DNA of 64,000 bases from Verrucomicrobiales bacterium. Lineage in GTDB: Bacteria > Verrucomicrobiota > Verrucomicrobiia > Limisphaerales > UBA9464. Below the pieces are notes generated by a model. The model did not search any database. It saw only the letters and a list, made by a program, of their open reading frames with translations, and was not told where the DNA came from. Made by a program: the position numbers and the translations under genes. The stretch spans positions 12,174-76,173 of the forward strand of contig JAEUHD010000202.1 of assembly GCA_016793645.1 (NCBI GenBank). The letters run 5' to 3'. This document shows, one piece after another, positions 24,501 through 32,221 of the stretch (position 1 is its first letter; each line of letters opens with the position of its first letter).

Positions 24501-25517
24501 GACGTTTCGGCCGTCCGGATCGAGGGATGCCGACAGCACCGACCCGCCGCCGCTGATCCTGAAACTGCCAGGCCGCTGGATCGAAGCCTCCGACACCGGT
24601 TCACTGAACTGGATCCGGACCGTTTGGGCGTTTCGATTCTCTGCAAGCAGGGGGACGGGGCGGGTCGTGTCCGGTGTTACCGTCAGGACGGCCTCAGCGG
24701 AAAGGGCAGCCCCATACTGGTTGGTGAGGGAGACTGAGAATCTCGCGTTGTGGTCGGCGAGCGAGACGGGGGAGTATTCCAGCACACTGTTGGTGGCCCC
24801 TGAAATGATCTCCCCGTTGCGCAACCATTGAAACAGGGAGGGGCCGAGGGGATCGACCTGGACATCGAAGCGCGCCGAAAGTCCTTCGACGGCCGCGGTG
24901 TTCTGTGGTTCGCGAACAATCCGGGGTTTGCTGAGGGTGACACCCCAGGGCAGAAGACGCGACCCGGGTATCGGAGCTTCGTCGACCCCATCCGGACGCA
25001 GCCATCGGACCGCGAGGTTGTCCCCGCCGCCGCCCTCCTTCATCAGGGCCTCCACATAGTAGATCTGTCCGGACTTCAGGGGGATGGGAGCGGATTGCTG
25101 GTTGCCTTCCCGGGTCCATTCCCGGGAGGAAGTCCATCCGTTGACCGTGGCGATCCGGGTTCGACCTGCCGGGGATGCCGTGGTGCTGAGCCACAGTTCC
25201 CCTCCGTCGTCGGAGGCAATCCAGAAGGTGTAGTTTCCCGTGACGGGCGGAACGAGGTAGCCCCGAAGCCTCTGGCCGTAGTTCTCAAGAACGTCGGTGG
25301 GGGCCTCGAAGGCGTCGGTCACATATCCGGTGCTGGTCGGGGAGTTCGGGAAGGAGGGGGCCGAGGTCAGGTCGCTGACCGCGGTCCCACCGATTCCCTC
25401 GTAGACCTCCCGGAGCAATCCGCTCGAAGGCTGGGCTGCCGCCTGAAACCCCGCGAGTAGGGCCGCCAGCAGGAGATGGGGGAGGAGGACGTGAAGGAGT
25501 CCCGTCAGGGTTCTCAT
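15570..25517 (-). CDS. giant secreted surface protein: PA14 - Ig-like - 8 lamin-tail (LTD)-like domains - CotH kinase-like domain - cadherin-like repeats
   Basis: Single uninterrupted frame; the track gives 15570..25730. I start it at ATG 25517, which gives the signal peptide MRTLTGLLHVLLPHLLLAALLAGFQAAAQP. The PA14 block reads GNYTFWIASDDGGELWLS...MKEGGGGDNLAVRW. Eight LTD-like starts are seen (FSEIMYHP, INELLAH, ISELMYHP, LNEIQYDP, INEVLPNN, INEFMAAN, ISEVMHRP, ITEIQPRN). A CotH-like region lies at about 20.5-21.5 kb (NMYAYRRDGLRWKLFPWDVDFAL). Four tandem cadherin/dystroglycan-like repeats lie at about 17.5-18.7 kb, with one more near the C-terminus. Confidence 0.85.
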   Translation of the reverse strand: MRTLTGLLHVLLPHLLLAALLAGFQAAAQPSSGLLREVYEGIGGTAVSDLTSAPSFPNSPTSTGYVTDAFEAPTDVLENYGQRLRGYLVPPVTGNYTFWIASDDGGELWLSTTASPAGRTRIATVNGWTSSREWTREGNQQSAPIPLKSGQIYYVEALMKEGGGGDNLAVRWLRPDGVDEAPIPGSRLLPWGVTLSKPRIVREPQNTAAVEGLSARFDVQVDPLGPSLFQWLRNGEIISGATNSVLEYSPVSLADHNARFSVSLTNQYGAALSAEAVLTVTPDTTRPVPLLAENRNAQTVRIQFSEPVSEASIQRPGSFRISGGGSVLSASLDPDGRNVRLAVSPLNFGAPYELTINHVTDRAGTPNAVTPDTVLRFTALEYVPTDLGNPAISGGVVRIGPGSFNVRGAGSSFGRSTDEVQFAAEERTGDFDIQVRLAGLDYTDAFLRAGLMARERMDSNARYAAVFSGSSSLGCFFESRNPAGSVPVPASIRGGFPSNGPETWLRLRRSGNTFTGFSSLDGRTWTSLGSVTLASAPATLFFGMAVSSQNPGQATTALFRDLGPAVQTTVGPLVRDREPPGPFVRATGLVFSEIMYHPRGNRVGPVPDLEFLEIHNTGAIFEDLSGAHLMGEVEYTFPSGTVIPSGGYLVVAADPAALESASGIRGVLGPYSGHLPNEGGVVGLRAKQGDTLFEVGYGTSAPWPVAADGAGHSLTLARPSYGPSDPRAWFASVEPGGTPGGPEVLRPEPLAALRINELLAHTDDPQVDFVEVFNAGNSELDLAGCILTDDIQTNRFRIPPGPPLAPRSHRVFDQNALGFRLKAAGETLFLIRPDGGRVLDAVRFGAQENGVSFGRQPDGAESLRRLAQPTPGAANASWRREEVVISELMYHPISDDDRDEYLELHNRSERTLDLGGWRFTSGIGFEFPPGTQIPPAGDLVVAKDPVHLRAKYPQLNSGTVFGGYSGTLSDRGERIALARPDDIQSTNDVGVISTSRIYIDIAEVTYLDGGSWGTWSDGGGSSLELTDLQADPLQASNWADSDESAKGSWTEFSLTGRLDNGNTGFPPNQLQVTLQGGGEVLVDDVGVFRSDSQANLLSNPGFESGSGATASGWTFQGNHAESSVQSTDAAAGTRCLHIRTQARGDTGFNRIRTPLSAGLSEGASATIRAKVRWVRGWPEVLFRIRGNWLEMPVAIPVPENLGSPGLPNSRRVDNAGPSISEVTHVPALPAANESVLITARVADPDGISAVRVLGRVDGSASTVSQILRDDGTLGDAVAGDGLYSGTLPGRASGAVVAFRVEATDGAAAPGNSKYPADHPAHECLIRWGDAVPFGTFGHYHLWTSAATRNARNASSPLNNLFRDSTFVYGNSRVIYGAGFKDKGSPFKGGAGDWYVALPEDQPLLGAGELVLASTGNNGSDTTNLREQVCFSIARALGAGYLHRRYIRLYVDGGQFRDIMEDSEEPNGDYASRFFSEGDHPELYKIEDWFEFQDDGTSFGNVDATLERFTTPPGVSGAPLKPARYRWSWRKRAIGDSANNFTNLLRLVEAANAPASSYPASVLESVDVDQWMRTFAFERIVGNWDSYGMGRGKNMYAYRRDGLRWKLFPWDVDFALDGGGNGPTDSLWGAGDPAINRMFDDFTIRRRLWQAYLDAVNGPLLPEQVAAQVTSRAEALRNNGVPTSDNTGARTYLEVRRQTILNAIKANDVPALEITSNGGRDVVTGAPSVVLTGKAPLALAGLAVNGVPYPVQWTGYTTWRMTVPLSQQTNQLQITGVDRFGSPLSGYSDTVQVISTGLIPKVEDFVALNEIQYDPLAPNTSFVELANTSTSTPFDLSEFRLDGVGYTFPSGSILAAGGYWVLARDRAAFASAYGPSIPVFGVFPGSLDNDGERLSLVKPDPSGGTNETLVDVVRYGNRYPWPTNAAGRGPSLQKIDPAQDGRRPGNWAATAPASPGSATPGARNSVQATLPQLTGLWINEVLPNNVSGPVDNASERDPYVELYNAGADAVDLAEFFLTDDPALPEKWRFPSGTTLEPRQFLVVWTDGQVSQSAPGSPHASFRPAPQGGGISLIRRLGNPAAPAVMDHVDYGTIGADRSFGSYPDGDPLERRYFDFVTPGASNNPAIPEVRITINEFMAANTATLADPADGGFEDWFELFNAGTQPADLSGYYLTDSFANWNQYRIPSGVIVPPGGYLLVWADGEPGQNTVPPGDLHVNFRLSATREAIGLYDPNGRLVDGFEYSDQKDDVSTGRFPDGAADTLLELDTPTPRGPNAIQGGNLPPVLNPIGNREVAEQSLLQFRVLASDPNPQQTLRYGLGADAPPGATIEPDTGLFTWTPTESQGPGIYAVTFRVTDSGTPARTTAERIQIAVTESNTPPLMDSIADQSVDEGSTLTFSLTATDPDLPRQTLSYSLLNAPPGAVLDEKTGDFRWTPSEAQGPGIYPMTLRVTDDGSPPLQGERVVTISVREVDNAPEIVRLAPITLREGQRLVVTNRAADPDSPPAPLRFSLPAGAPEGVAIDSTTGVLTWNTREQDGPASHELLIRVTQAGAAALSDQFLLGITVEEDNQPPILDPIGDISVEEGDLVSVTARAQDADLPPQALTYSVEALGTTAQVDAVTGLFQWQTDPDAGASTNQFILRVTDGGPDARTASQPFTVITVPRFQVLISEVMHRPAAARSEYVEISNPSARTPWDLGGLVLAGNQMSFHFPEPFILNPGSAVCVVRDLTAFRSAYGSIPVVAGVWTGDLGADGDHLHLRLPSDGSRPEGLDEFRYEAAAPWPVGSRENGASLQVIDVRRDNSRVGNWSSATTYDGPRSLVSMTNEWRYHQSGPLASPWRLPDYPDATWPTGRGLLYVETSALPAPKSTELTLGQNTYYFRTEFNLPTVPSGARLVLNTIVDDGVVLYLNGKELHRQNIDPASVVDFNTPASLVDNATLTGPFVLPADLLEKGRNVLAAEVHQVSGTSSDIVFGCSLDLEGGSVPAFTPGSSNNVALALPEFPPVWITEIQPRNAHGVSGTDGVPRPWIELANRGDTAVSLAGWTLSNSAENPGLWTFPAGAVLPPNSHTILFADARPEATTPGEWHAGFSLDPVSGLVLISRPQPGGIAIVDYLRYSGVPEDRSAVPDPEGPAGSSRVTDPSPESSGSPNLAPVVDPVAGLTATPGVLLRFTISASDPDPSQSLTFSLVSGPANLTVSPSGLVQWNPMTTQVGSVVVRIRVRDDGIPRMSTDLRVTIDVTPPRTAVMTIQLDGTVPEIVLPSIPGIRYRVESSDSLNPPAWNLLRTVDGTGSPLVISDPGASETTRRYYRAVVP

Positions 25518-25738
25518 CCTCGGATCCAGGGGAAGCGCAAGCGTCCTTCGCGGCAACAGCATAAGAATGGGAAAAAGGTAGCATATCTTTTGCCGGGAAA
25601 AGTCTCGAATTCGCTTCAGGCCCGGATGGGGTTGAGGCTGGGCTCCTGTGGTTCGCCGGGGGATGTTGCCGAGCCATCGATCCGGTGGACTGCATTTCCC
25701 GATTGCGTCGGACACGGACTGTGAGTTCATCCGCGGCC

Positions 25739-27070
25739 GTGAAACTGAGATTTGAGCAACTCCCGGGTGGCGTGGTGGCCGCGGAGGGATTTCGAACCGG
25801 CGGCGTTTTTTGCGACATCAAGCGCCTGGGCACGGGCAAGGGCTCCAACAAGGGGCCCAAGCGGGATCTCGCGATGCTGGTTTCCGACGTCCCCGGTTCC
25901 GTGGCCGGCATGTTCACGACGAACCAGGTTTGCGCGGCGCCGGTGAAGGTTTGCGTGGCACGGGTGGCCAAGGGCGTGGCCCAGGCCGTGGTCATCAATT
26001 CCGGGAATGCCAACGCCTGCACGGGACGCCAGGGGATGAAGGATGCGCTGGAGATGACGCGCCTCGCCGAAAAGGCCCTCGGAATTGGCGATGGTCTGTG
26101 CCTGGTGGGTTCGACCGGCCGCATCGGGGTGGAGCTCCCGATGAAGGAGGTGCGGAGCGGCATCGCGGCGGCCGCGCGGATTCTCGGAAGCACCCCGGAG
26201 CATGCGGACCAGGCCGCCGAGGCGATCATGACCAGTGATTCGCGGCCGAAGCAGGTGGCCATTCAGTTTCGACTGGGGAAGCGCGTGGTCCGACTCGGGG
26301 GAATGTGCAAGGGGGCGGGCATGATCCAGCCCGGAATGAGCGCCAACGGCGCCCGGCCCGCGGCGCTGCCCTCGGGACTGCATGCCACGATGCTCGCCTT
26401 CCTGACGACGGATGCCGCCGTCGAGTCCCGGGCTCTCCAGGCGGCCCTGCGCGAGGCGGTGGCGCTGAGCTTCAACCGGATCACGGTGGATGGGGACATG
26501 AGTACCAACGACACGGTCCTGTTGATGGCCAATGGTCGATCCGGGGCGCCGAAGATCGGGACACGGAGTCCCGAATTCCGGAAGTTCCAGGAGGCGGTCA
26601 CCCAGGTGTGTCTCGAACTCGCCAAGATGATTGTTCGCGACGGCGAAGGCGTGCACCGGGTGGTCACGGTCCGGGTGTCGGGGGCGCGATCCGTCGCCGA
26701 GGCGGATGCCGCCGCCCGTGCGGTGGGGAACAGCGCCCTCGTGAAGACGAGCTGGCACGGCGGGGACCCGAACTGGGGGCGCATCATGGACGCCCTGGGA
26801 TATAGTCCGGCGACGGTGTCCGAGGATCGCGTGGACATCGGATACAGTGCTCCCGGCAGCCGGACGATCCTTTGGAGTCTGAAGCGCGGGCAGCCCACCC
26901 GGGCGACGTTTCGTTCCCTCTGTGCGGCGGTGGCCCCGAAGGAGTTTGACCTTCACATCCGTCTCAATCTGGGGAAGGGGGCCGCGATCCTGTACGCCGG
27001 GGACCTGACGGAGGCGTACGTGGACTTCAACAAGGGCGACGTCACGGATCCGACGACCCTCGGGGGGTAG
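25739..27070 (+). CDS. argJ: bifunctional ornithine acetyltransferase / N-acetylglutamate synthase
   Basis: Contains GGVVAAEGFRTGGV...KRDLAMLVSD...FTTNQVCAAPV and the autoprocessing site HATMLAFLTTDA. The track start is GTG 25685. In-frame GTGs at 25721 and 25739 give a more typical N-terminal length, so the exact start is uncertain. Confidence 0.88.
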   Translation: MKLRFEQLPGGVVAAEGFRTGGVFCDIKRLGTGKGSNKGPKRDLAMLVSDVPGSVAGMFTTNQVCAAPVKVCVARVAKGVAQAVVINSGNANACTGRQGMKDALEMTRLAEKALGIGDGLCLVGSTGRIGVELPMKEVRSGIAAAARILGSTPEHADQAAEAIMTSDSRPKQVAIQFRLGKRVVRLGGMCKGAGMIQPGMSANGARPAALPSGLHATMLAFLTTDAAVESRALQAALREAVALSFNRITVDGDMSTNDTVLLMANGRSGAPKIGTRSPEFRKFQEAVTQVCLELAKMIVRDGEGVHRVVTVRVSGARSVAEADAAARAVGNSALVKTSWHGGDPNWGRIMDALGYSPATVSEDRVDIGYSAPGSRTILWSLKRGQPTRATFRSLCAAVAPKEFDLHIRLNLGKGAAILYAGDLTEAYVDFNKGDVTDPTTLGG

Positions 27071-27169
27071 CCGGCGTTGGCGTTGACCGAACGGGATCGG
27101 GCGTACGAGCATTCGCACACGCTCCTTCGTGAACCGCGCTTGATTGCCGCCGTTTGAAGGCCACCGAAC

Positions 27170-28045
27170 ATGCAAGATCTCATCGCCAAGGCCGCAACGC
27201 TCCTCGAGGCGCTCCCGTACATCCAGAAATTCGCGGGGGCGACCTTCGTCGTGAAATACGGCGGGTCCTTCATGGATTCGCCCGACCCGGCGGTCCGGGA
27301 AGGGGTCGCCCGGGACATCGTTTTCCTGGAGGCCGTGGAGTTGAATCCCGTGGTGGTGCATGGCGGAGGCAAGGCGATCACCCGCGCGTTGGACCAGTCC
27401 GGCATCCAAACCCACTTCGTCCAGGGACAGCGGGTCACGGATGCGGCCTCCGTTGAGGTCGTGGACCGGGTGCTGTCGCGGGAGATCAATCCGGAGATCG
27501 TCAATACCATCAACCACCTGGGCGGCGTGGCCCAGGGGTTTGCGGGCACGGACATTTTTACGTGTCGAAAGTTGTGGCTGACCGGTCCCACGGGTGAGCG
27601 GCTAGATCCCGGATTTGTGGGGGAGGTCATCCATGTGAACACGGCTCCGCTGCTGGAATGCCTGGAGCGGGGATTCACCCCGGTGATCAGTCCGACCGCG
27701 CGCGGCGAGGACGGGCGGATCTACAACTGCAACGCCGACGTTGCCGCGGGCATGACGGCGATCGCGCTGAAGGCCCGCCGGCTGGTGTTCATGAGCGATG
27801 TTCCGGGCTTGATGCGGGATCCCAAGGATCCGTCCACCCTGATTTCGCATTTGCGCACCGGCGAGGTGGACGCCCTCAAGCGGGCGGGTGTCGTGGACAA
27901 GGGGATGATTCCCAAGGTGGACAGTGCCGCGGCGGCGATCCGATCCGGGGTTGAGAAGGTCCAGTTCGTCGACGGACGCATCCCGCATTCCGTGCTTTTG
28001 GAGATCTTCACCGACGAGGGCGTCGGAACGGAAGTGGTGCCGTGA
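27170..28045 (+). CDS. argB: acetylglutamate kinase
   Basis: 291-aa ORF with [20 protein letters not shown]...NPVVVHGGG, the ArgB signature. Confidence 0.92.
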   Translation: MQDLIAKAATLLEALPYIQKFAGATFVVKYGGSFMDSPDPAVREGVARDIVFLEAVELNPVVVHGGGKAITRALDQSGIQTHFVQGQRVTDAASVEVVDRVLSREINPEIVNTINHLGGVAQGFAGTDIFTCRKLWLTGPTGERLDPGFVGEVIHVNTAPLLECLERGFTPVISPTARGEDGRIYNCNADVAAGMTAIALKARRLVFMSDVPGLMRDPKDPSTLISHLRTGEVDALKRAGVVDKGMIPKVDSAAAAIRSGVEKVQFVDGRIPHSVLLEIFTDEGVGTEVVP

Positions 28046-28623
28046 CGTCCGTGGATTCCGATTCGGCCCGGTGGCCGCAGGTGGTGGTTCACACGGATGG
28101 CGGGTGCCAGGGGAACCCCGGTGTGGGCGCTTGGGCGTGCGTGCTGCAGAGTGGGGACCGTCGACGGGAACATTCCGGCGGAGCCCTGGCGACCACCAAC
28201 AACCGGATGGAATTGTCGGCGGCCATCGGGGCGCTTCGGCTGCTCAAGCGGCCCTGCCGGGTGACGCTCTACACGGATTCGGACTATCTTCGTCAGGGAA
28301 TCACGGGATGGATCCGGGGCTGGAAACGAAACGGGTGGAAGACCCGGGACCGGATGCCGGTGAAGAACCAGGACCTGTGGCAGGAATTGGATTCGTTGGC
28401 GGCCGTCCATTGCATCGAATGGAAGTGGCTCAAGGGGCACGCCGGGCATGCGGAGAATGAACGATGTGATTTTCTGGCGGGTTCGGTGATGGACCGTCTT
28501 CGCAGGGAAGCCGGGCCGGCGCGTCTTGCGGCGGCCTTGAAGGAGTTCGAGGCGGGGGCGTTGACCACTGCGACCTCAGGAGCGTCCTCGGCAGGACTTG
28601 CGCCTCCCTCCCGTTTGTCCTGA
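28042..28623 (+). CDS. rnhA: ribonuclease HI
   Basis: Contains [22 protein letters not shown]...[14 protein letters not shown]...LYTDSDYL...[17 protein letters not shown]. Its GTG start overlaps the argB TGA stop (GTGA). Confidence 0.9.
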   Translation: MTSVDSDSARWPQVVVHTDGGCQGNPGVGAWACVLQSGDRRREHSGGALATTNNRMELSAAIGALRLLKRPCRVTLYTDSDYLRQGITGWIRGWKRNGWKTRDRMPVKNQDLWQELDSLAAVHCIEWKWLKGHAGHAENERCDFLAGSVMDRLRREAGPARLAAALKEFEAGALTTATSGASSAGLAPPSRLS

Positions 28624-28636
28624 ACTCGCGGTGCAC

Positions 28637-29941
28637 ATGCGCGATCCCTTGAGTCCGCCTCCCGCCATTCAGCACAACCAGCACGCCGAAATTCGGGAAC
28701 TGTTCAGCCGTTACGTGGTTCCGAGCTATGGACGTTTTGATCTGGTGCTGAGCCACGGCGCGGGCAGCTACGTCTGGGATGTTTCCGGGCGCCGTTATCT
28801 GGACCTGGGTGGTGGCATCGCGGTCTGCTCCCTCGGACATGCCCACCCGGAGATCAGTGAAACGCTGGCGGAGCAGTCGCGCCGCCTCCTGCATGTTTCA
28901 AATCTGTATTTCCACGGTCCCCAGGGTCGGCTCGCGGAACGCCTGGTGCGGGAGATCGGTCCCGGAAAGGTCTTCTTCTGCAATTCCGGTGCGGAGGCGA
29001 ACGAGGGACTGTTCAAACTCGCCCGGCGCTTTGGTCATGACGAGGGCCGCTTCGAAGTGATCACCGCAACGAATTCATTTCACGGTCGAACCCTTGGGGG
29101 CATTGCCGCCACGGGGCAGGAAAAGGTGAAGAAGGGATTCGAGCCCATCATTCCCGGGTTCCGCCACGTGCCCTACAATAATCTGGACGCCATTCGCGAG
29201 GCCCTGACTCCGGCCACGGCGGCGATCCTGATCGAGGGAATCCAGGGCGAGGGGGGGATCACGCCTGCGGACCCTTCGTACCTGATGGGACTGCGGCGGC
29301 TCTGTGATGAGCGGCGTCTGTTGTTGCTGATGGACGCCGTGCAGTGCGGGCACTTTCGGAGCGGCCGTTTTCAGAGTTTCCAGCGGATCCTGGAATCGGA
29401 TCCGGGGGCGGCCGGGTTTCTTCCGGACGGCATTTCGATGGCCAAATCGCTCGGGGGAGGATTCCCGATCGGGGCGTTCTGGATTCGTGACCGGGCCCAC
29501 GGGATGGATCTTTCGATGCTCCTGGGACCGGGCACCCATGGGACGACATTTGGCGGGACTCCGCTGGGCTGTGCCGTTGCCCTGAAAATCTTCGAGGTCA
29601 TCGACCGTGACGCCCTCCAGAACCATGTGCGCGTGGCCGGGGATTGGCTGGACGGGGAACTGAGACGACTCGTTCGGACGTATCCGGGCGTGGTTCGCGG
29701 TTCCCGGGGCATGGGATTCATGCTGGGCTTGGAGTTGCAGCCTCGCGAACAGATTCCCGCCTTCGCAAAGGATGATCGGGCTTCCAGTCTTCAGTTCGTC
29801 CAGCGGCTCCATCAGGCGGGTCTGCTCACCATTCCCAGCGGAAGCCAGGTGATCCGCCTGCTGCCGGCACTGAATATCGGACGGGCGCAACTGGAGGAGG
29901 GGGTCGCCCTACTGGAAGGTGCCTTGAAGGCGATCAGTTGA
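28637..29941 (+). CDS. argD: acetylornithine aminotransferase (class III PLP aminotransferase)
   Basis: Contains YGRFDLVLSHGAGSYVWDVSGRRYLDLGGGIAVCSLGH...HGTTFGGTPLGCAV. Start moved to ATG 28637, just after the rnhA stop. Confidence 0.9.
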   Translation: MRDPLSPPPAIQHNQHAEIRELFSRYVVPSYGRFDLVLSHGAGSYVWDVSGRRYLDLGGGIAVCSLGHAHPEISETLAEQSRRLLHVSNLYFHGPQGRLAERLVREIGPGKVFFCNSGAEANEGLFKLARRFGHDEGRFEVITATNSFHGRTLGGIAATGQEKVKKGFEPIIPGFRHVPYNNLDAIREALTPATAAILIEGIQGEGGITPADPSYLMGLRRLCDERRLLLLMDAVQCGHFRSGRFQSFQRILESDPGAAGFLPDGISMAKSLGGGFPIGAFWIRDRAHGMDLSMLLGPGTHGTTFGGTPLGCAVALKIFEVIDRDALQNHVRVAGDWLDGELRRLVRTYPGVVRGSRGMGFMLGLELQPREQIPAFAKDDRASSLQFVQRLHQAGLLTIPSGSQVIRLLPALNIGRAQLEEGVALLEGALKAIS

Positions 29942-30000
29942 ATTTGTTGACTCTTTGGTAAAGAAATGGAAAGTGGGCGGTGTCCGTTGGGGACGTCGAC

Positions 30001-30603
30001 ATGGGAAGAACCAGTGATGCCCGGGAACGCCTTTTGGCCGCAGCGCTCGATCTGATTTGGACGAGCAGCTACGGCAGCGTGAGCGTGGATGACATCTGCG
30101 TTCATGCCGGGGTCAAGAAGGGGAGCTTTTACCATTTCTTCCCGTCCAAAGCCGATCTCGCGTTGGCCGCCTATGAGGAGCATTGGCGCCAGAAGCAGCC
30201 GGCTCTGGATGCGATCTTCTCTCCCCAGGTGCCGCCGTTGGAGCGCCTGTCCCGATGGTGTGGGAGTGTGTTTGAGGCGCAGGATTCCCTGTTTCGGAAG
30301 TTTGGGCACGTTTGTGGGTGTCCCTACGCCAATCTTGGGGCCGAATTGGCAACCCAGGATGACCGGCTTCGGGCGAAATCGGAGGAACTTCTGAACCGTG
30401 GGCTTCGTTATCTGGAGACCGCCATCGGCGACGCGCAGCGCGAGGGGTTGATTGCGGTGACGGACGTCAAAGCGGCCGCCCAATCCGTCGGCACCTGCCT
30501 GATGGGGCTGATTTTCCGGGCCAAGGTTCAGAACAATCCGGCCCTGTTGCGTGAACTGGAGCCCTCCGTGATGCGCATCCTGGGCACCGCGGTCCCGGCC
30601 TAG
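30001..30603 (+). CDS. TetR/AcrR family transcriptional regulator
   Basis: MGRTSDARERLLAAALDLIWTSSYGSVSVDDICVHAGVKKGSFYHFFPSKADL is the canonical TetR HTH. The track start is GTG 29980; ATG 30001 is preferred. Confidence 0.88.
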   Translation: MGRTSDARERLLAAALDLIWTSSYGSVSVDDICVHAGVKKGSFYHFFPSKADLALAAYEEHWRQKQPALDAIFSPQVPPLERLSRWCGSVFEAQDSLFRKFGHVCGCPYANLGAELATQDDRLRAKSEELLNRGLRYLETAIGDAQREGLIAVTDVKAAAQSVGTCLMGLIFRAKVQNNPALLRELEPSVMRILGTAVPA

Positions 30604-30671
30604 ACCTCCATTGACACGATCATTTCCTGAGACACTTTGGCGCGAAATAATAGACGACCGGTCAACAATAA

Positions 30672-31001
30672 ATGGAACGTATGAACGAAGAACCGAATCG
30701 ATTCCCGAAGAGTGTTCCGACCTTCACCGATCTGGCACCGGATCGATGGAACCGCAGGTCCGAGGTGCTGATTGGAGCCTTCCGGAAAACCCTTCTGGGT
30801 GCCTTGCTGGACGCCCACGCCGGCGAATTGCCGGCGGACCTCCTGATGGGCGCATTGAATGAGGCGGAGGCACTGGCCAGTTTGACGCCGTTTCCTGAAC
30901 TTTTTCTCCCGGCCCTTGCGGAGGAGAAGATTTCCGGGGTTCGTTCCTGGCTGAATCGTCAACGACAGATCCGGAATCAGGAGGTATCCCTTGCCGCCTG
31001 A
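30672..31001 (+). CDS. hypothetical small protein
   Basis: 109-aa ORF preceded by an AT-rich region containing a perfect TTGACA at 30611. Codon usage looks coding. No recognisable family. Overlaps the most-upstream candidate start of the adaptor gene. Confidence 0.45.
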   Translation: MERMNEEPNRFPKSVPTFTDLAPDRWNRRSEVLIGAFRKTLLGALLDAHAGELPADLLMGALNEAEALASLTPFPELFLPALAEEKISGVRSWLNRQRQIRNQEVSLAA

Positions 31002-32190
31002 ACTGTCGGGAGGTCGGGGCTTCGGTTTCCTCCCCCGACTCCGAGGGCACGGGGTGGCTGGACTGGCGGTTTTCGTGTCCCTGCTGTGCACCGCCTGTCA
31101 CCGCCCGGCTTCAGGACCGGCCGGGATGCCTCCGGCACCGGCGGTGACGGTGGAGCCGGTGCGATTCCAGGACGTGGTGGAGTTCGACGAGTTTCCCGCC
31201 CGACTGGACTCCAAGGAGACGGTTGAAATCCGGCCGCGGGTCTCGGGCTATCTGTCCGAGGTGCGATTTGAGGCCGGGGAACTGGTGAAGAAGGGGGACC
31301 TCCTGTTCGTGATCGATCCGCGTCCCAAGCAGGCGGTGCTGGACCGTGCGGACGCCGAGGTGCAGCGGGCCCGGGTTCGGATGGAGAATGCGACGCGGGA
31401 GGCGAAGCGGGCCGAGGTGTTGTTCGAGACGAAGTCCATTTCCAACGAGGAGGCGGACCAGCGCCGCTGGGCCAGGACCGATGCGGAAGCGGCGTTGAAG
31501 GCGGCCGAAGCGCAGCGCGAAACCGCGAGACTGGATCTGGAATACTGCCGGGTCCGGTCCCCCATTGATGGGCGCGTCGGACGTCCCCTGGTTACCGTGG
31601 GCAACAATGTCAGCGGCGTGGACGGGTTCACGACACTGCTGGCGACCGTGGTCAGTGTGGATCCCATGCTGGCGTACGGCGACATCGACGAGGCGACCCT
31701 GCTCAAATTCCGGGGATTGCTCCGCGCCGGCGCGCTGGAGACGAACCAGCAGGGCAAGGTGATCGTGGAAATGGGGCTCGGAAACGAGTCGGGCTTTCCC
31801 CACCGCGGCTATGTTGAATCGATCGACAACCGGCTGGATGCCGGGACAGGCAGTATTCTGGTTCGGACCCTGTTTCCGAATCCGGACGGACTCCTGTTGC
31901 CCGGACTGTTTGCGCGCGTGCGGGTGCCGGGGAGTCCGAGGCAACCCGCCATCCTGATTGGCGAGGAGGCGATCGGGACGGACCAGAATCAGCGGTTTGT
32001 CCTTACCGTCACGTCCAGCAACACCGTGGCCTATCGGCCGGTCAAACTGGGGACGACCATCGCTGGAAAGCGGGTCGTGCGGGAGGGGTTGAAGGAGGGC
32101 GATCCGGTGGTGGTCAACGGATTGATCCGCGTCCGCCCCGGAATGACGGTCAACCCGGTTGCCGCGACGCCGCCGACCAACGCCCGCTGA
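30991..32190 (+). CDS. RND efflux periplasmic adaptor (membrane fusion protein)
   Basis: Contains IRPRVSGYLSEVRFEAGELVKKGDLLFVIDPRP, a coiled-coil hairpin, and SPIDGRVGR. The start is uncertain: TTG 30991 in the track, or an alternative in-frame GTG at 31054 giving MAGLAVFVSLLCTAC. Confidence 0.85.
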   Translation: MPPELSGGRGFGFLPRLRGHGVAGLAVFVSLLCTACHRPASGPAGMPPAPAVTVEPVRFQDVVEFDEFPARLDSKETVEIRPRVSGYLSEVRFEAGELVKKGDLLFVIDPRPKQAVLDRADAEVQRARVRMENATREAKRAEVLFETKSISNEEADQRRWARTDAEAALKAAEAQRETARLDLEYCRVRSPIDGRVGRPLVTVGNNVSGVDGFTTLLATVVSVDPMLAYGDIDEATLLKFRGLLRAGALETNQQGKVIVEMGLGNESGFPHRGYVESIDNRLDAGTGSILVRTLFPNPDGLLLPGLFARVRVPGSPRQPAILIGEEAIGTDQNQRFVLTVTSSNTVAYRPVKLGTTIAGKRVVREGLKEGDPVVVNGLIRVRPGMTVNPVAATPPTNAR

Positions 32191-32221
32191 ACGATCCGAC
32201 GCCGGCGTTTCCCCGCATCCC

